In this document: positions 40,040 through 53,711 of the stretch, in pieces
Numbering within the stretch: the first letter of the stretch is position 1
Layout of the letters: every line of letters starts with the position of its first letter
Assembly (NCBI GenBank): GCA_013239625.1
Contig: MU053487.1
Location: 1,321,058-1,385,057, forward strand
Direction: 5' to 3'
DNA length: 64,000 nt
DNA from: Lama guanicoe
Lineage: Eukaryota
Notes under the pieces: generated by a model
Told to the model about the DNA's origin: nothing
Database searches by the model: none
What the model saw: only the letters and a program-made list of their open reading frames with translations
Program-made: the position numbers and the translations under genes

Positions 40040-41012
40040 GGGAAGGAGGCAAAGAAAATGAAAAGACAACACACAGAATGGGAGAAAATGTTTGCAAATC
40101 ATATATCTGATTAAGGACGTAGGTCTGGAATACACATATAAAGAACACTTACAACTTAATAATAAAAAGACCAATAACCCAACTTAAAAAAGGATGAAGA
40201 ACTTGAATAGACATTTCTGTAAGGAAGATATACAAATGGCCAACAAGCACATGAAAACATGTTCATTGTCATTAGTCATCAGGGAAACGTAAATCAAAAG
40301 CACAATGAAACATCACTTCCCACCCACTAGGATGGCTAGGATCAAAAAGTCAGATAACAACAAGTGTCGACAATGATGTGGAGAAATTGGAACCCTCATA
40401 CACTCCTGGTGGGAATGAAAAATGTGCAGATATTTTAGTTTTTCAAATGACTGATCTTATAGCTACCTGGTGACCCTGCAATTCCATTCCCCAGTGTATA
40501 CCAAGAAAAACGAAAACATGTGTCTACACAAAAATTGCTCACAGTCAAAAGAAAAGCCAAAAGGTGGAGACGATCCAAGTGTCTATCACCTGATAAATGG
40601 ATACACAGATGTGGTGTATCCATAAAATGGAACAGCGTTCAGCCACAAAAAGAGACAAAGTACTGATACGTACTACAATTTGGATGGACCTTAAAAACAT
40701 TATACTAGGTGAAAGGAAGCAGTTGTAAAATTCCACATATTATATGATACCATTCACTTGAGTGTCTAGAATATGAACCTCCATAGAGACACAAAGTAGA
40801 TTAGTGGTACTTAGGGCTGTGAGTGGGTTGCTTAGGGAGCTATAACTAAGGGTGATAGCCAAAGGGTTCTCTGCAAAGTGATGAAATGTTCTAAAGTTCA
40901 CTGTGGTTTTTATTGCACATACTTGTGAATGAGTATAAACTGTTGAATTCTTCACTTTGAATAGTGAATTGTATATGACATAAATTATATTTCAATTAAA
41001 TGTTTAAAAAAG
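40040..41012 (+). mobile_element. L1MB-type 3' end
   Basis: 'cacacagaatgggagaaaatgtttgcaaatcatatatctga', 'cacttcccacccactaggatggcta', ending 'aattatatttcaattaaa'. Confidence 0.9.
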
Positions 41013-41129
41013 GAATGTCATATAATTGGAATTGTCAGGGAAAAAGCAAGCGCGGTGTTTGATACAAAGCAAAATAATAAAGCAGTATAGTGAGTACTCC
41101 TTATTATAACGTATCAAACCCTGACGTCT

Positions 41130-41320
41130 GAAATGGGCTTTACTGTGAAGCCCCTGATCACTAGTTCTATGACTTTAACCGCCAGAGGCTCTTTTCTCAC
41201 TTGAATAATGGAGAGATCATCACCTACTTTAAAAATTGTTTTTAGAATTAACTGAGAATGTGTGAATATCATTTGCACAGTGCCTGGCACATAGCAAGTT
41301 CTCCACAAATGTGTTAATTT
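41130..41320 (+). mobile_element. MIR SINE
   Basis: 'gttgtttttagaattaactgagaatgtg...gcacagtgcctggcacatagcaagttctc'. Confidence 0.7.
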
Positions 41321-42259
41321 CCAATTCCACCTCCCTGTTATATTATAGTGGAGTCACATGAAAAGCACCACAGTGTCACATGCAAGGGAGTAACAACTTC
41401 TGTCAAAAAGGGACCAGTAATGTTTCCAAGGGGAGTGAGCTTGGAGATGGGTTGAAGAATGCTAAGAGGTTGGTAGGGGCTGGGAAGAGAGATGGAAGGC
41501 AAAGCAAAAGAGGCAGACTTCTCCTGGAGCAATGGGGTGAAAGTGTGTGAAGGATATTCAGCATTGATCTTCTGACTCCAGTGTGAAGCATCTCTACAGC
41601 AAAAAGTGGAAATGTAGTTTTCTTTCACAGTTTCTATAGGTGGAAACAGTTGTCATTTATGACCCAGAGCCTCATGATACCCTAATTTTGAATTTATCCC
41701 ATTTTAGTCGGAATGATAGGTCCTGACTTTACATTCTCTACCCGAACCTGCCTCAATGAGACTGTGAGCCTCAGAGTAGGAACTATGTCTAATTTAATAT
41801 CCAGCAAGACAAAAATATTCATGATCAGAATAAAATGTATTATTTAGGTAAAAATTGTAGTAGATGCATTCGTAAATCCTTAGTGCTTTTAAACTGTAAG
41901 CATCCTGAAAATGTCTTAAAGAACAAACCATTTTAAAACACATGGCTAGCTGAGACTCTTCAAAAAACCAGGGTTCTTTCCAAATGTTTGGGATGAATAA
42001 GAGTGTAGCTTCTGATGCATTTAGAGAGGGGAGGAATGAAAAACAAGTGTTGGCATCAAATATTCATTAGGATATGTAATGCAATGGTTTCTTTCACAGC
42101 AGCATAATATTGTAATTCCCCTCCTGTGACTACTCAAAATATAAAATTCTGCAGCAATTCTGAGAGAAGCTCCTTTATAATAAATAGATGATACCTGTGC
42201 CTGCCTTTGTAAGAGCACCTAATGGTAGTGCTTCAGTGTTTATCCCTCTCCGCTGCCAT

Positions 42260-42284
42260 AAAAGCATGTTTCAAACATGCTTTT
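42260..42284. repeat. Perfect 25-bp inverted repeat forming two p53-family half-sites
   Basis: aaaagcatgttt-c-aaacatgctttt; AAGCATGTTT and AAACATGCTT both fit RRRCWWGYYY. Confidence 0.8.
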
Positions 42285-42836
42285 GAGGCTGAATGAGGCT
42301 GAAATGTTCAAAGACATCTGACATCTTGAGGCAAGCATATTTAAAAATTATTCCCAATAATAATGAAATCCCAAGCACAAGGTCAAAAAAATATGTAGAA
42401 GTTTTCTGCAAGTTTATTTCACAGCTTTCCACACATGTCCACAGATGAACAGGGCTATGATTGTGCTCAATGGATTATTTAAAATACATTATCCTTTACA
42501 TGTTTCAAACGTGTCACTTGAAAGATGCTGCCTGTACATATTCTTAACAAGGTTTTGTGCATGTGCGTTTTTTCTTTCTTTGTATCTCTGTGTGTATGTG
42601 TGTGTGGTGTTTGTTGAGAGATGGAAACTTTAGCTAGTTTGCATTCTCCAAGTGGTTTGTTACATTTTTTTCCTTGCCTCTTTATTATCTCTTTCTTCCA
42701 CAATTTAATAAGTATAGTGTTTGGAAATAGATCACATTTTAAATGCATGTTTGTATCATAAATTATATTTTAATGTAACATTTCGGTGGCATATTTTATC
42801 TTAATATCATATTTAAGTGTTAAATTTGGTTTCATC

Positions 42837-43292
42837 TGTAGTTGGTGTGATTGGTGGCCTGTTTAATCCCTTTGCCTGGACCAAGGCACCCATCCTTCCC
42901 TCACCTACTGTGTGTGATGGATGCTAATGACTCCCAGTCTCCTCCTTTCTGGACAGTTGTCCTCAGATGAAGGGAAACATCTCACTCTGGATGCCATGGC
43001 CTTCATCCACTTGGGAGGACAATGCCTGACCCACATGCGTGTACCAAGTTCTGCCCCTCTTACCTAAAAGCAAGGACAATCATGTGGTAAAATCTGGGTT
43101 CCAGAGTGCTTCACGGATTAGACCGAGGCTAGACTTGACCTGAGTTGCCATTGATCAGTCCTTTCCTTCTTTCTTTCCTAGTCTCTTCCTTCTCTCTCAG
43201 GTTTGCCCCCTCCCAAAGAGGAGCCCCTTAGTAAATCACTTATAAGCAAATTCCCATCTCAGCCTGTTTCTGGAAAAGCTGATTTAAATCAC
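42837..43292 (+). mobile_element. LTR16-family (ERVL) solo LTR
   Basis: 'tgtagttggtgtgattggtggcc...ccaaggcacccatcc...cccttagtaaatcacttataagcaaattcccatctcag...aaatcaca'. Confidence 0.7.
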
Positions 43293-43509
43293 AATCCCTC
43301 CAAACCACTGTTTCTATTTGGGTATATTTATTCAATGTTTATTGAGACTTTATTCTGGAGCCAATGGCTGTTTTAAAGACTCTTTTTTTAAATCCCCTCA
43401 ACAATCCCATGAGGTGAGTGTTATTTCTTTGTTTCTGTACATCCTCATATCAGTTGAAATGGAGTCAGACCAAGACCTCCTCACTAGCCCAACAGTTACA
43501 CATTGGATT

Positions 43510-44105
43510 TCACGCAGCCACTCCCTCAGGAAATATTTATTGAATGTATAGAAGGCACAAAACGTAAGTGACTCTAAACATTTTTAAGTCTCTGAGGATA
43601 AAATCCTGAGAAAGAGCCATTCTTTGCCCAGAGACTGGGATTTGGGGAGTTACCAGTGTAAAGAAAACACTTCCACAAATTATTAATTAATTATATTATG
43701 TATTTGTAGTTGTGATATTTTCCAAGCAGTAAATGTACAAGATTGTATGATACTGTAAAATAGGGTTTCTCCACTAGCCAGAGGTATCAAGAGGAATCTT
43801 AGATGGGTAAGGGTTATTCAAGTGAAGAAGAGGCTGGTAAAGTTAATTCAAGGAAAATAGATCAGAATATTTGAAATACCCAAGGCAAAGTGGGATACAC
43901 AGGTACAGGCAACATAAACAAGAAGAAAGAAACATGAATTGAAGCTTCAGATGTAAACAGGTGCCACAGTCACACAGGGCAGTTGCAGAATGGTGAACTT
44001 TTAGAAACGATGGAATGTTATCAAATAGTTGTAAACATGAATGTGTAAGCATCAATTATCTATTGCAGTAGCTTAGGAAGAAAACAGTTTCTGGATCAGG
44101 ACTTC
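43510..44105 (-). mobile_element. L2 fragment
   Basis: 'cactccctcaggaaatatttattgaatg' tail plus purine-rich antisense L2 body. Confidence 0.55.
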
Positions 44106-44809
44106 GGTCTTATGGGCTAATTCCTATGACCACATTCAGCCAGCCCTGTTCACCAGCCATTGGCCTTGTTGGTCTTCCTTGGTTGGGACACTTTGATCCT
44201 CCTCCTTATCATCTCATCCTCTTAAACTTGTAACTCATCTTTCAAGAATGCTCTTCCACATGGCTTCTCTCTTGAAAAGGGTGCTGTATTTCTTTCCACA
44301 ATGGCTGTGTTCTAAGAGAGGAAATACAGGAGGAGGTAGAGATCATAACTGACAGTCGCTTCTGCCATATCCCATTGATCAGAGAAGATCACAGGGCAGC
44401 TCAAATTCAGGGGATGGGGAAATAGCATCACCTCTTGACAGGCGGTCCATCATGCATATATAAGGTTGGAAGGTCTTGTTGGCAGCCGTCTCTGCAGAGT
44501 TTCATACATGACATTAAAAAATATGTTATTAATTTTGGGGGGGGTTTCTGTGAAAAAAATTAGTTAGAGAGCCTAGAAGAGACCAGCTACAAAATGTACA
44601 TCGTAATTGAGCTTAGATATGATGGTGGCTTTGTTTAATAAGATGGGAATAGAAAGGCAAGGAAGTAAATTGCTTGTAAAAGAAAAACTTAAGTAGAATT
44701 GATAGTACCAGGAAAAAATAGAAATGTCTTTGGTGAGAAGATAGAAATGCATGTGAAAGGTATATATTATTAACGTCAAATTGTTTATATAAATGTCCAC
44801 TTTTTTCTC

Positions 44810-45440
44810 ATGGGCCTCTGATCATACAGGTGAATTTTTGCAATTTGGAATTATACTGAATCACTCCATTCCTAGAAGTAATTCTTAGATCTGGTGGAAA
44901 TGTAAATTAGCATTACAATTTGAGAGAATTTTAGTGTTACAATTTGGGAAAAATTTGAGAATATTTTTCAGAAATCAAGGTGCACATACGTGTTGACCCA
45001 GCAATTTTACTTTTAGTCATATGTCCCAGAGAAAACTTTCCATGTGTACACAGAATAGAATGTACCAAGGTATACTTTAGAGCACCATGTATAATAGAAA
45101 ACCAATGAAAATCACCTAAATATCCTTCAGTAGAAAATTGGATAAATAGATTACATTATATATATATTACAGAATATTCTTCAAGCTTTCATAAGAAGTA
45201 GATCTATATGAACTATCATGAAGTAGGACTTATGACATATTTTAAATGAAAAAAATCTTCAAAAATATTCAGTATTCATTGTGTTTATTTGTGTCATATA
45301 TTTATATACATATATATATATAATTTACATGGGCAGTGAATGTTACTAGAAAGTCATAAGTGATACGCTAAAAGAAAAGTTAAAAGAGGAACTCTATTTC
45401 TACATTATATATTTATTGATTGTTTGGATCTTTAAAATTT
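44810..45440 (+). mobile_element. Old L1ME-type 3' end
   Basis: 'tgacccagcaattttacttttag...cccagagaaaact...cacctaaatatccttcagtagaaaattggataaata'. Confidence 0.7.
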
Positions 45441-47533
45441 ATGCATATGTACTCTTTTGTAAACTCCAGAACGATAAATAAGGAGGAACGTTTTGTGTTA
45501 AAGAATTTTAATTTGAAGTAAAACTTTCTCTTTTTTGAGTCTCCGAAGCATCCGTATATATACTCTTTGGATGCATCAACCTTCCTTGGTCCAAATTTTA
45601 TTTTTCTCTCTTCTTTTCATGTTTTCCAAATCTTTTATTACTCATTACAAAATTATTTCCTCTGAGTGTATAACTGGTGATGTAGGAGAAAAGTTGGACG
45701 GTATGCATGCCTTTATGAACAGATTCGGGAAATGAATACTCAGAACCGCAGTTCCCCAGTTCACTTTTATTTCAAGTTAATGAGATTATGCACTCGATAA
45801 TTACTTTCATCCAGGTCTCTCTTCACTATTACTCAAAGCTAATTTAAAGATATGAATTACTTTTCCTCTCCATCTGAGGCAGTAAGAGAGGTGGACCCTA
45901 TCCTTCAAAAAGCACTTGAAATCTTCCTTCTAAAAGCATTTCAATTTATCTAGACATGTGTCAGTGAAGTTTTAATTGCTCCCATCTGCTTTGCAAAAGT
46001 GGAAGGGTCACCTGTTTATTTGTGAAATATACTTCTTGAGAATTACTCTGTGTCTAGTCTCCCAGTAAGCGCACCTTCTAGATGGTGGCATGTAGTAATA
46101 GGCTGCTGGACCCCATCACTACAGTGCATTTTCATACAAGAATGTTAAATATTTGGGAATAAAATTAACCAACAAAAAACATTACAATTTGATACATTAC
46201 ATAAAGAGTAGCTCTTGCCAGAAGAACATGTTTAGCTTTGCATGAAAGTTGGCCAGTAAGATTAAGTCTAGTCATCAGACTTAACATTTTGAAAGTTTAA
46301 AATTTCCAATTTGTTGATTGGGTGAAATGTTTTCACAGATGTCTTCACTGACTTCTCTTTTAGCCAGACTGTTTTGACCAATAATTTTCTTATTGCTGAG
46401 GAATATATACATTGGAACCATTCCCTCAACAGTGTATGTTTGTTGTATGTATGTTATGTATTTAGAGGGACTTGGTATATTTCCAAGATTAATTTATTGT
46501 ATGCTGTGAGATAGAAGAAATGTCCAGCCTGGTGACTCTCTTTTAGGTCAGGACAATTAAAAAACAATAAAAGTAGACACTGATCAAATGTCAAACTCTG
46601 ATTATAAAAAAAAGATCTGTATTAAGCAACTGATATGAATTATTTATGCTATCATTCTCCAAAGTAATCTGTTAGGTTTTATGAAAAATTAATTATGAAA
46701 AGGAGCTTCAAAAGTCAAATTACTTTGACAAGCTCTTGGATTAATAAAGTTACAGAAAGTGTAAAGGGTCCTTTAGAGCAGGAGCACACAGTATCTAAAT
46801 ATTGCAATGCTTTTGGTATAATTAAAGGAGTTATTCAGCATTTGCCACTCTATAAATGTAGAACTCTTCCAGAGACCACTACTTGGAAGCAGAATTTGGG
46901 AATCATAGATAGATAAATAGGTGGATAAAAAAAAGAGATAAATTGGATTTGTGAATAAGTTTAAATAACACTACCCTCCCAAGCATTTTTTTTGAGACTT
47001 GTTATAAAACAATCAGGCAAACATAAATAAGTAAAATTAAGCCATAAAAATGTCTTTATATTTGAACACTTCAAAAATTGTATCAGTTAATGGTTACTTA
47101 CAAAATTCCATATTATAACCTTACTTTGAAATTTTGTACCAAGAAGATAACTCCCTATCTGGTTACTTCATATCCTCCTTCAAAAGATAATTAGGTTTCT
47201 CTCTTTACAATGTCTTCCAGAAAAGTTAAAACTAGATTTCATATTCAATCACATTGACTAGACTTGCTTAGGAAGTGACTGCAGCACAGAGAAGTCTGAA
47301 AGCAGACAAAGAAAAACAAAACATTATATATGTAAGATAATTATTTGAATGAATGCTGACTTCTTAGAAGGAAAAAAAAAGTCATGGAAATCAAAAGACA
47401 GGAAAACAAGAGGTTTACAATGCTTAAAGAAAGAAAATAACACTGCCAATTCATAATTCAGTATCCAGTGAAAAGATTCTTCAAGAATGAAAATGAAATT
47501 AAAAACATTTTCAAATAAAATGAACTAAGGGAA

Positions 47534-48141
47534 CACCTGCAGCACTGTTCATAGCAATGTTCATAGCAGCACTGTTTACAATAGCCAAGACATGGAAACA
47601 GCCTAAATGTCCATCAGCAGATGATTGGATAAAAAAGATGTGGTATATTTATACAATGGAATACTATTCAGCCATAAAAACTGACAACATAACACCACTT
47701 GCAGCAACATGAATGTTCCTTGTGAATGTCATTCTAAGTGAAGTAAGCCAGAAAGAGAAAGAAAAATAGTATATGAGATCACTCATATGTGGACTCTAAA
47801 AAAAAAAAAAAGAAGAAGAAGAACATAAAAGAACAAAAAAACAGAAACAGACTCATAGACATAGAATACAAACTTGTGGTTGCCAAGGGGGAGAGGGATG
47901 GGAAGGAGTAGACTGGGAATTCAAAATGTGTAGATACTGATAGGCATATGTAGAATACATAAACAAGATTATATGGTATAGCACAGGGAAATATATACAA
48001 GATCTTGTGGTAGCCCACAGTGAAAAAAAAATGACAATGAATATATGTATGTTCATGTTTAACTGAAAAGTTGTGCTCTACACTGGAATTTGACACAACA
48101 TTGTAAAAATGACTATAACTCAATAAAAAATGTTTTTTAAA
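47534..48141 (+). mobile_element. Young camelid L1 3' end inserted in an old L1 ORF1/HAL1-like fragment
   Basis: Perfect 17-bp TSD aaaatgaactaagggaa (47517-47533 / 48142-48158); AATAAA plus A-rich tail. Confidence 0.93.
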
Positions 48142-48811
48142 AAAATGAACTAAGGGAAATAATCACTAGCAGACCTAAAATACAACAAGCACTAAAGGAT
48201 GTTCTTCAGTCTGAAGGAACCTGGTTGTCCAGGAAGCAGTGAGAAATATCATATATGATTTTAAAAAACTGGGTAAATATTTTTGCTATTTCTTTATCTC
48301 TTAGACACTTTCAGATTCATTGATTGGTTAAAAGCAAAATTTTAACAGTGTTGTGTGTACTTTACATTGTATGTTGTTGTAGTACATGTAACTACTCTAC
48401 TCTAAAAGCTTGTTTCTCGGTGAGATGCCAAGGCTAGGAGAAGACAAGTGCTTCTGTTGGAGCAATAGCACAGGCTGGATAAATTTCAAAAAAGCAAGTA
48501 CATGTTCAGATCTTAGATTCTGGCTAAGGATTAGGTTTATCTCTGACATATGACCTCTTCTGGGTAAAAGAGCAAATGTGTTCCACCATCATGCAGGGCT
48601 AGTGTGAGAATCTGGAAACTTGAATGGTCTGAAAACAGGACTGGTTTTCCCCAGTGAACATCTGCCAAGTTCCCGGCCACTGTGGGAGCCTGGGGAACTT
48701 GGCTGGAAGCTTCTAGGAGACAGAATCTTTCAGTCCCACAGTATTTAGGAGATAGAGGCTCGCTATGGGTAGGGCTTGCCTCAAACATGTATTAGCTTTT
48801 CCATTTAAGAT

Positions 48812-49228
48812 TGTGTTAGATCAGTGTTCTCAGAAGCACAGCCTGAAACAGAGATTCTTATGAAAGTGATTTATTTGGGGGAATGGTTTGTTCTTACAAG
48901 GGGAGTGAGGGAAGCAGGAAGGGGCAGGAGAATCAGCTACAGGCATGTTCTTGGCTGTGGCTGGCTTGAGACTAATCTCACAGGAGCACTGGAGTGTGAG
49001 CAAAGTGGAGGTGGGATGTCTGTTTTTTGCATCCTCATGTCCAGTACTCATTGATTGCTGCCTGTCCCTGCTGGAGTGAAGGGGACCATCCTCTCTGTCT
49101 TGCATTCCTAGGGAAGATCTCTAAGAATGGAAGGCAGCTCTGAGGCTGTTGGAGTCAGCACTCGACCTCAGGGATGGATGTACTAGTCTTGTGAAGGAGA
49201 TCTGCATGGGGCATTGCAGCATCCACTA
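48812..49228 (-). mobile_element. LTR16-family (ERVL) solo LTR
   Basis: 'gttctcagaagcacagcctgaaacagagattcttatgaaagtgatttatttgggg...gatctgcatggggcattgcagcatccacta'. Confidence 0.65.
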
Positions 49229-52189
49229 GAGATAATTATTAGCTTTTCTATGTGTGCTCTTCTTTGATCTTGTGAAGATAAGAAGAATTCTCAGTATAAA
49301 TATGCCATTTCCTTCCTTCTAAACCATGGGTGACCTTGGAGAAGCACTCACAATTTCAGTACACTTTCTATCCAACACTGTAAAGGAGATTCAAAGGATT
49401 ATTATGAAATTAATAGCCCCCAGAGTTGAGGAAGGGTTTATATCACTAACTACTAGTGAAAGTCCTCTTCTTTTTTGTGTGCGTGAAGCTATGTGGATAT
49501 ATCCAAAATTACACATAAACTACATTTTGCAGTAAAGTAATCACAAACGTACCCACTTTTCAACACATCATATAGTATTAACATTCTAATTATAATGACA
49601 GTTGACTGGGTGTATGTATTTCTGTGAGCAGTTGTAAAGAAAATGTCTTATTAGTTTGTTTCATTGCTCTTGGTTTTCAATAATATTGCGATTTTGCTGA
49701 CAGAAATTGATTGCTGAATTGATAGAGGTATCATGGTTTACACATTTTCGTGAACATGTGAAATTATTTTATACTCTATTTATCCAGTAATTCCATTATG
49801 AATTAATTACTTTTCATGTTCCAGCTACATAACATAACATTTTCCTAAGCATTCTCCAACGTCTACCCCACCCCACCTCCAACTTTTTTTGCGATAAGAT
49901 TCTGATGGTGCATCTTCAGAAAAGAACTGTATTTAAACAGTAATTTATGAATATAAAGAGTTGATAAGCATATTTGGATCCTCCCAATGTAGAAACATAT
50001 AGGTGTTCATTTTAGTATAGGAAGATCAGTGGTCTTCAAGATGATCTTGAGAAGGAAAAGGTGACCACGTTCAGCAAATACATTTTTTCCTTTTTTCTTT
50101 TCTCCTAAAATTGGCCTCAACACAGCAGGAGGATTTTATGTGATTCTTACATTTATACATCCTGTTTTAGCTCTCTGACATTCAACAAATATAATTTTGC
50201 TTGCATTCTAATTACTACTTAATATCTCAGAGCCTCTCAGTTATGTGTTTTGCTTAATAACTGTTTAACTCAATTTATTTTACATAATGATTCAAAGAAT
50301 GTATCACTAGAGTTTACCATATATGGAATTTGCACTCTCCATTTTGGAATTGTTTCATTAGTAAGAAACGGTGGCATTGGTGTCAAAGAAAACTGTTAAA
50401 TTAATCTTTTATATGGAGGGTTCTATTTCAATTTTATGTTTATTAACAACAGAATTAAAACTTCGATTCTCATCAGAATTACTTAGAACTGCTAGGAGCC
50501 CCAGACTCTGTCTGGGTGTTCTAAGTGATACCTTTCACTTGAAATTTGCTGTCCCAGCTATGGGACTTTAGGAAGATTTCTTACATGGTCTGACCATCAT
50601 TAGTCTCTGTAGAAAGCTCTGTCTAGTTCTAATACTTATTGGTCAATGTTCTTCACATAGTAGAAATCAGGATGTGTTCAAATGCAATGAACTTTGTCTC
50701 AATGAATAAAACGGATGCATCTGTATATAAAACTGAAAGTTCGGAAGTAGTGTATTTATAGAGTGACTCAGTGTATTAATTATTTCTTCAATGATATGCT
50801 TGCTTTTGTCTCTCCTCTCTGCAAAAACTTTTGGGGTAGAGTATTTCTAATTGAAGTATAGGAATAGATACCCCGACCTCTTGTAGATCCAGAATAGGAA
50901 AAATCCATCTTTCCTAAACCCCCATAATTCGTGTTACAGTGACTATTTACTTAAACTGGATACATAATCAGAACTAGTTCTTCAGGCAGGTAAATGCCGT
51001 GTGTTGATTGATGTATGATTAATGGAAGAAAACCTGTCCTGGAAAACATGGTAGTTATCAAAGGCTATCGGAAGTGTGTCAAAAGGAAACAAGAACTGAT
51101 TTGAAAATCTCTCACCAGTCAAAGATTAGATAATTTAAGGATAAAAAAGAATGCTAAGGCTAACAGTTCTGGAAGAGTGTATCACAAGACTCATTTTCCC
51201 TGCTTGCCTCCTCGAAGTAGAACTAGACACCGTAGAAATAATTCAACAGACAATGATAAGAGAACTCTGAAAGCTTGAAAAAAAGAAATGGTGGACTGGC
51301 TGGAGACCTCAGAACTTGAGGAACAATGTAATGTGTTCCCTAGGTTTTTTGTTTTGTGTTTTTTTTTTATATGTTTGTTTTTTGTTTTTTGTTTTTGTTT
51401 TTCCCTGTGCATCGGGTGTGGGGCTCCTGATAGACCTAAAACCTGAAACTTCCAACAGGCATAAACAAGAAGTCTGCTGTCTCTGGCCAAAAGGACTATG
51501 AAAAAGTAGCTCCAACAGTGACCTAGTGGGGAGCCCAACCCCTGCTCAGCATCCAGGTTACCTCTGGCTTGGCTGGTCCACCTGCAGCCCAGGTGTTAGT
51601 GGGGCTCAGCTTCTCCCTACCTTCTACGCAGTGGCATAAGAAGACCCAAGTGTAGGAGCTCCTGACTCCCCTTCCCCACAACAGTAGGTGGTCCAGAGAC
51701 ACCAGATGCCAGACATGCTGAGATGGGGGTGGTAAAATCTCCTCCTCTGACTGTGGAATTGCTTTTTGCTTCATGTATACTGAGGCTTTGTTTTTAGGCA
51801 CATGTTCATTTACGTTGTTACGACTTTCTAATAAAAATCTTCTTTTTTATCATTTTGAAACTCCTCTTCATTTCTTATAGTATTCTTTGCCTTGAAGTAT
51901 ATTTTATCTGATGTTAATATAGCCAATTCAGCCTTCTTTTTCCTTCTATTTTTTTCCCAATATATGTCTTTACATTTAAAATGCATCTTTTATAGACAGC
52001 CCATTATGAGATTTTTGTCTTTTATATACTCTGATAATCTGTCTTTAAATTGGAGTGTGTAGGCCATTAATATACACTGTAATTATTCACTTCATTAGAA
52101 TTAGGTCTATCATATTATATATATTTTTTACATCTATTTTTGTGCCTCTGTCCCCCATTTCTTAACTTTTTTCATAATTCTTCTTAAAA

Positions 52190-52497
52190 TTTTTCATTGA
52201 AGTATAGTTGGTTTACAATATTTCAGTAGTTTCACATGTACAGCAAACTGATTCAGTTATTTTTTTCATATTATATTTCATCATAGTTTATTGCAAAATG
52301 TTGAATATAATTCCCTGTGCTATACTGTAAATCCTTGTTACTTACCTATTTTACATATAGTAGTTGATATCTGCTAATCTCTTACTTCTAATTTGTCTCT
52401 CCTTCCCTCCCTCCTCCTGTTGGTAACCATGAATTTGTTTTCTATGTCTGTGAGTCAGTTTCTGTTTTGTATATTGATTCATTTGTGTTATTTTAGA
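52190..52497 (-). mobile_element. Artiodactyl-type L1 3' end
   Basis: 'attgaagtatagttggtttacaatatt...tgattcagttat...ttccctgtgctatactgta...ggtaaccat...tctgtgagtc'. Confidence 0.85.
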
Positions 52498-53676
52498 TTA
52501 TTTGAATTATTTTCTATATTCCATTTTAATTTACCTATTGGCTTTTTGACTATATTCTTTGTATTACATTTTTAGTGGTTTTCTCTAAGAATTAAAATAT
52601 GCATTCTTAAACTTTCAAAGCCCTCTATCAGTAAATATTGTATCACTTTACAAAATATGTGAGACATCTTTATTTGGCTTTTATTCCTGAAAGATATTTT
52701 TACCAAATACAGAATTCTGAAGCATCAGTTTTTCTTTTTCTTTAAAATTTGTGTTCCATTTTCTTCTGACTTGATGACAATACATGTAAAAAAGAAAAGA
52801 AAAATAAACCCTAAAAATACACAGTGAGCATCAGAACCAGACTCAGATATGACACATATGTTGGATTATTAGAGTATTTATAACTATGACTAACATACTA
52901 AGGGCTCTAACAGAAAAAGCAGAAATGTGAAAGAATAGATGGGTACTGAAAGTAGAGATGAAAACTATGGGAAAGAATCAAAAAGAAATATCCTAAAAAA
53001 ACCCACAGTAACTGAAATAAAGAATGCCTTTGATGGGCTCATCAGAAGACTCAAGGAAAAAAATCAATGAACTTGAAAATAGGTCAATAGAAATTCCTCA
53101 CATTGAAAAGCAAAGAACAAAAAGGATTTTTTAAAAAGAAACAGAACATACAGTAACTATGGAACAGTATCAAAAGATGTAACGTATCTGTAATTTGAAT
53201 AATAGGATTAAAAAGAGAATGTAACAGAAAGAATATTTGAAGGACTAATGGCTGAAAACTTTCCAAAATTAATTTCAAACAGCAAACCAGAAATCTAGAA
53301 ACATAGAGAACACCAAGCAAGATAAATTCAAAACCACCAATCAATCAACAGCAAAAAAACGGCACCTAGATATATCAACCAGCCTACAGAAACAAAATAG
53401 AAGAGCTTAAAGGAAGCCAGATAAATCCTAGAATTCTATATCCAGTGGAAAATTATGTTTCAGAAGTGAAGAAGGGAAAGGCTCTCTTGAAAAGCAAAAA
53501 TCAAGGGAATTCTACTTTAAAGGAAATGTTAAAGGAGTTCTTCAGATGGATGTTAAATGATATAGGTCAGAAACTGGTATCTTAATAAAGAAAGGAAAAA
53601 TGTAAGAGAAGAAATAAGTGAATTTAAAATAAGATTTTTTTTTAATTTTTAAATGATTTGAAAGATAACTATTTTT

Positions 53677-53711
53677 ATCATTTTTCTGCCTTTTGGCTAA
53701 GATCAAGTGTA
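53677..53711 (+). pseudogene. 3'-truncated U2 snRNA retropseudogene (U2 nt 1-35)
   Basis: ATCATTTTTCTGCCTTTTGGCTAAGATCAAGTGTA vs U2 5' end ATCGCTTCTCGGCCTTTTGGCTAAGATCAAGTGTA (31/35); TSD aaagataactattttt / aaaggtaactattttt. Confidence 0.92.

Noticed and set aside
53677..53711. Functional U2 snRNA gene
   Set aside because: Only the first 35 nt of a much longer snRNA; has mismatches and a TSD, and no PSE or 3' box.
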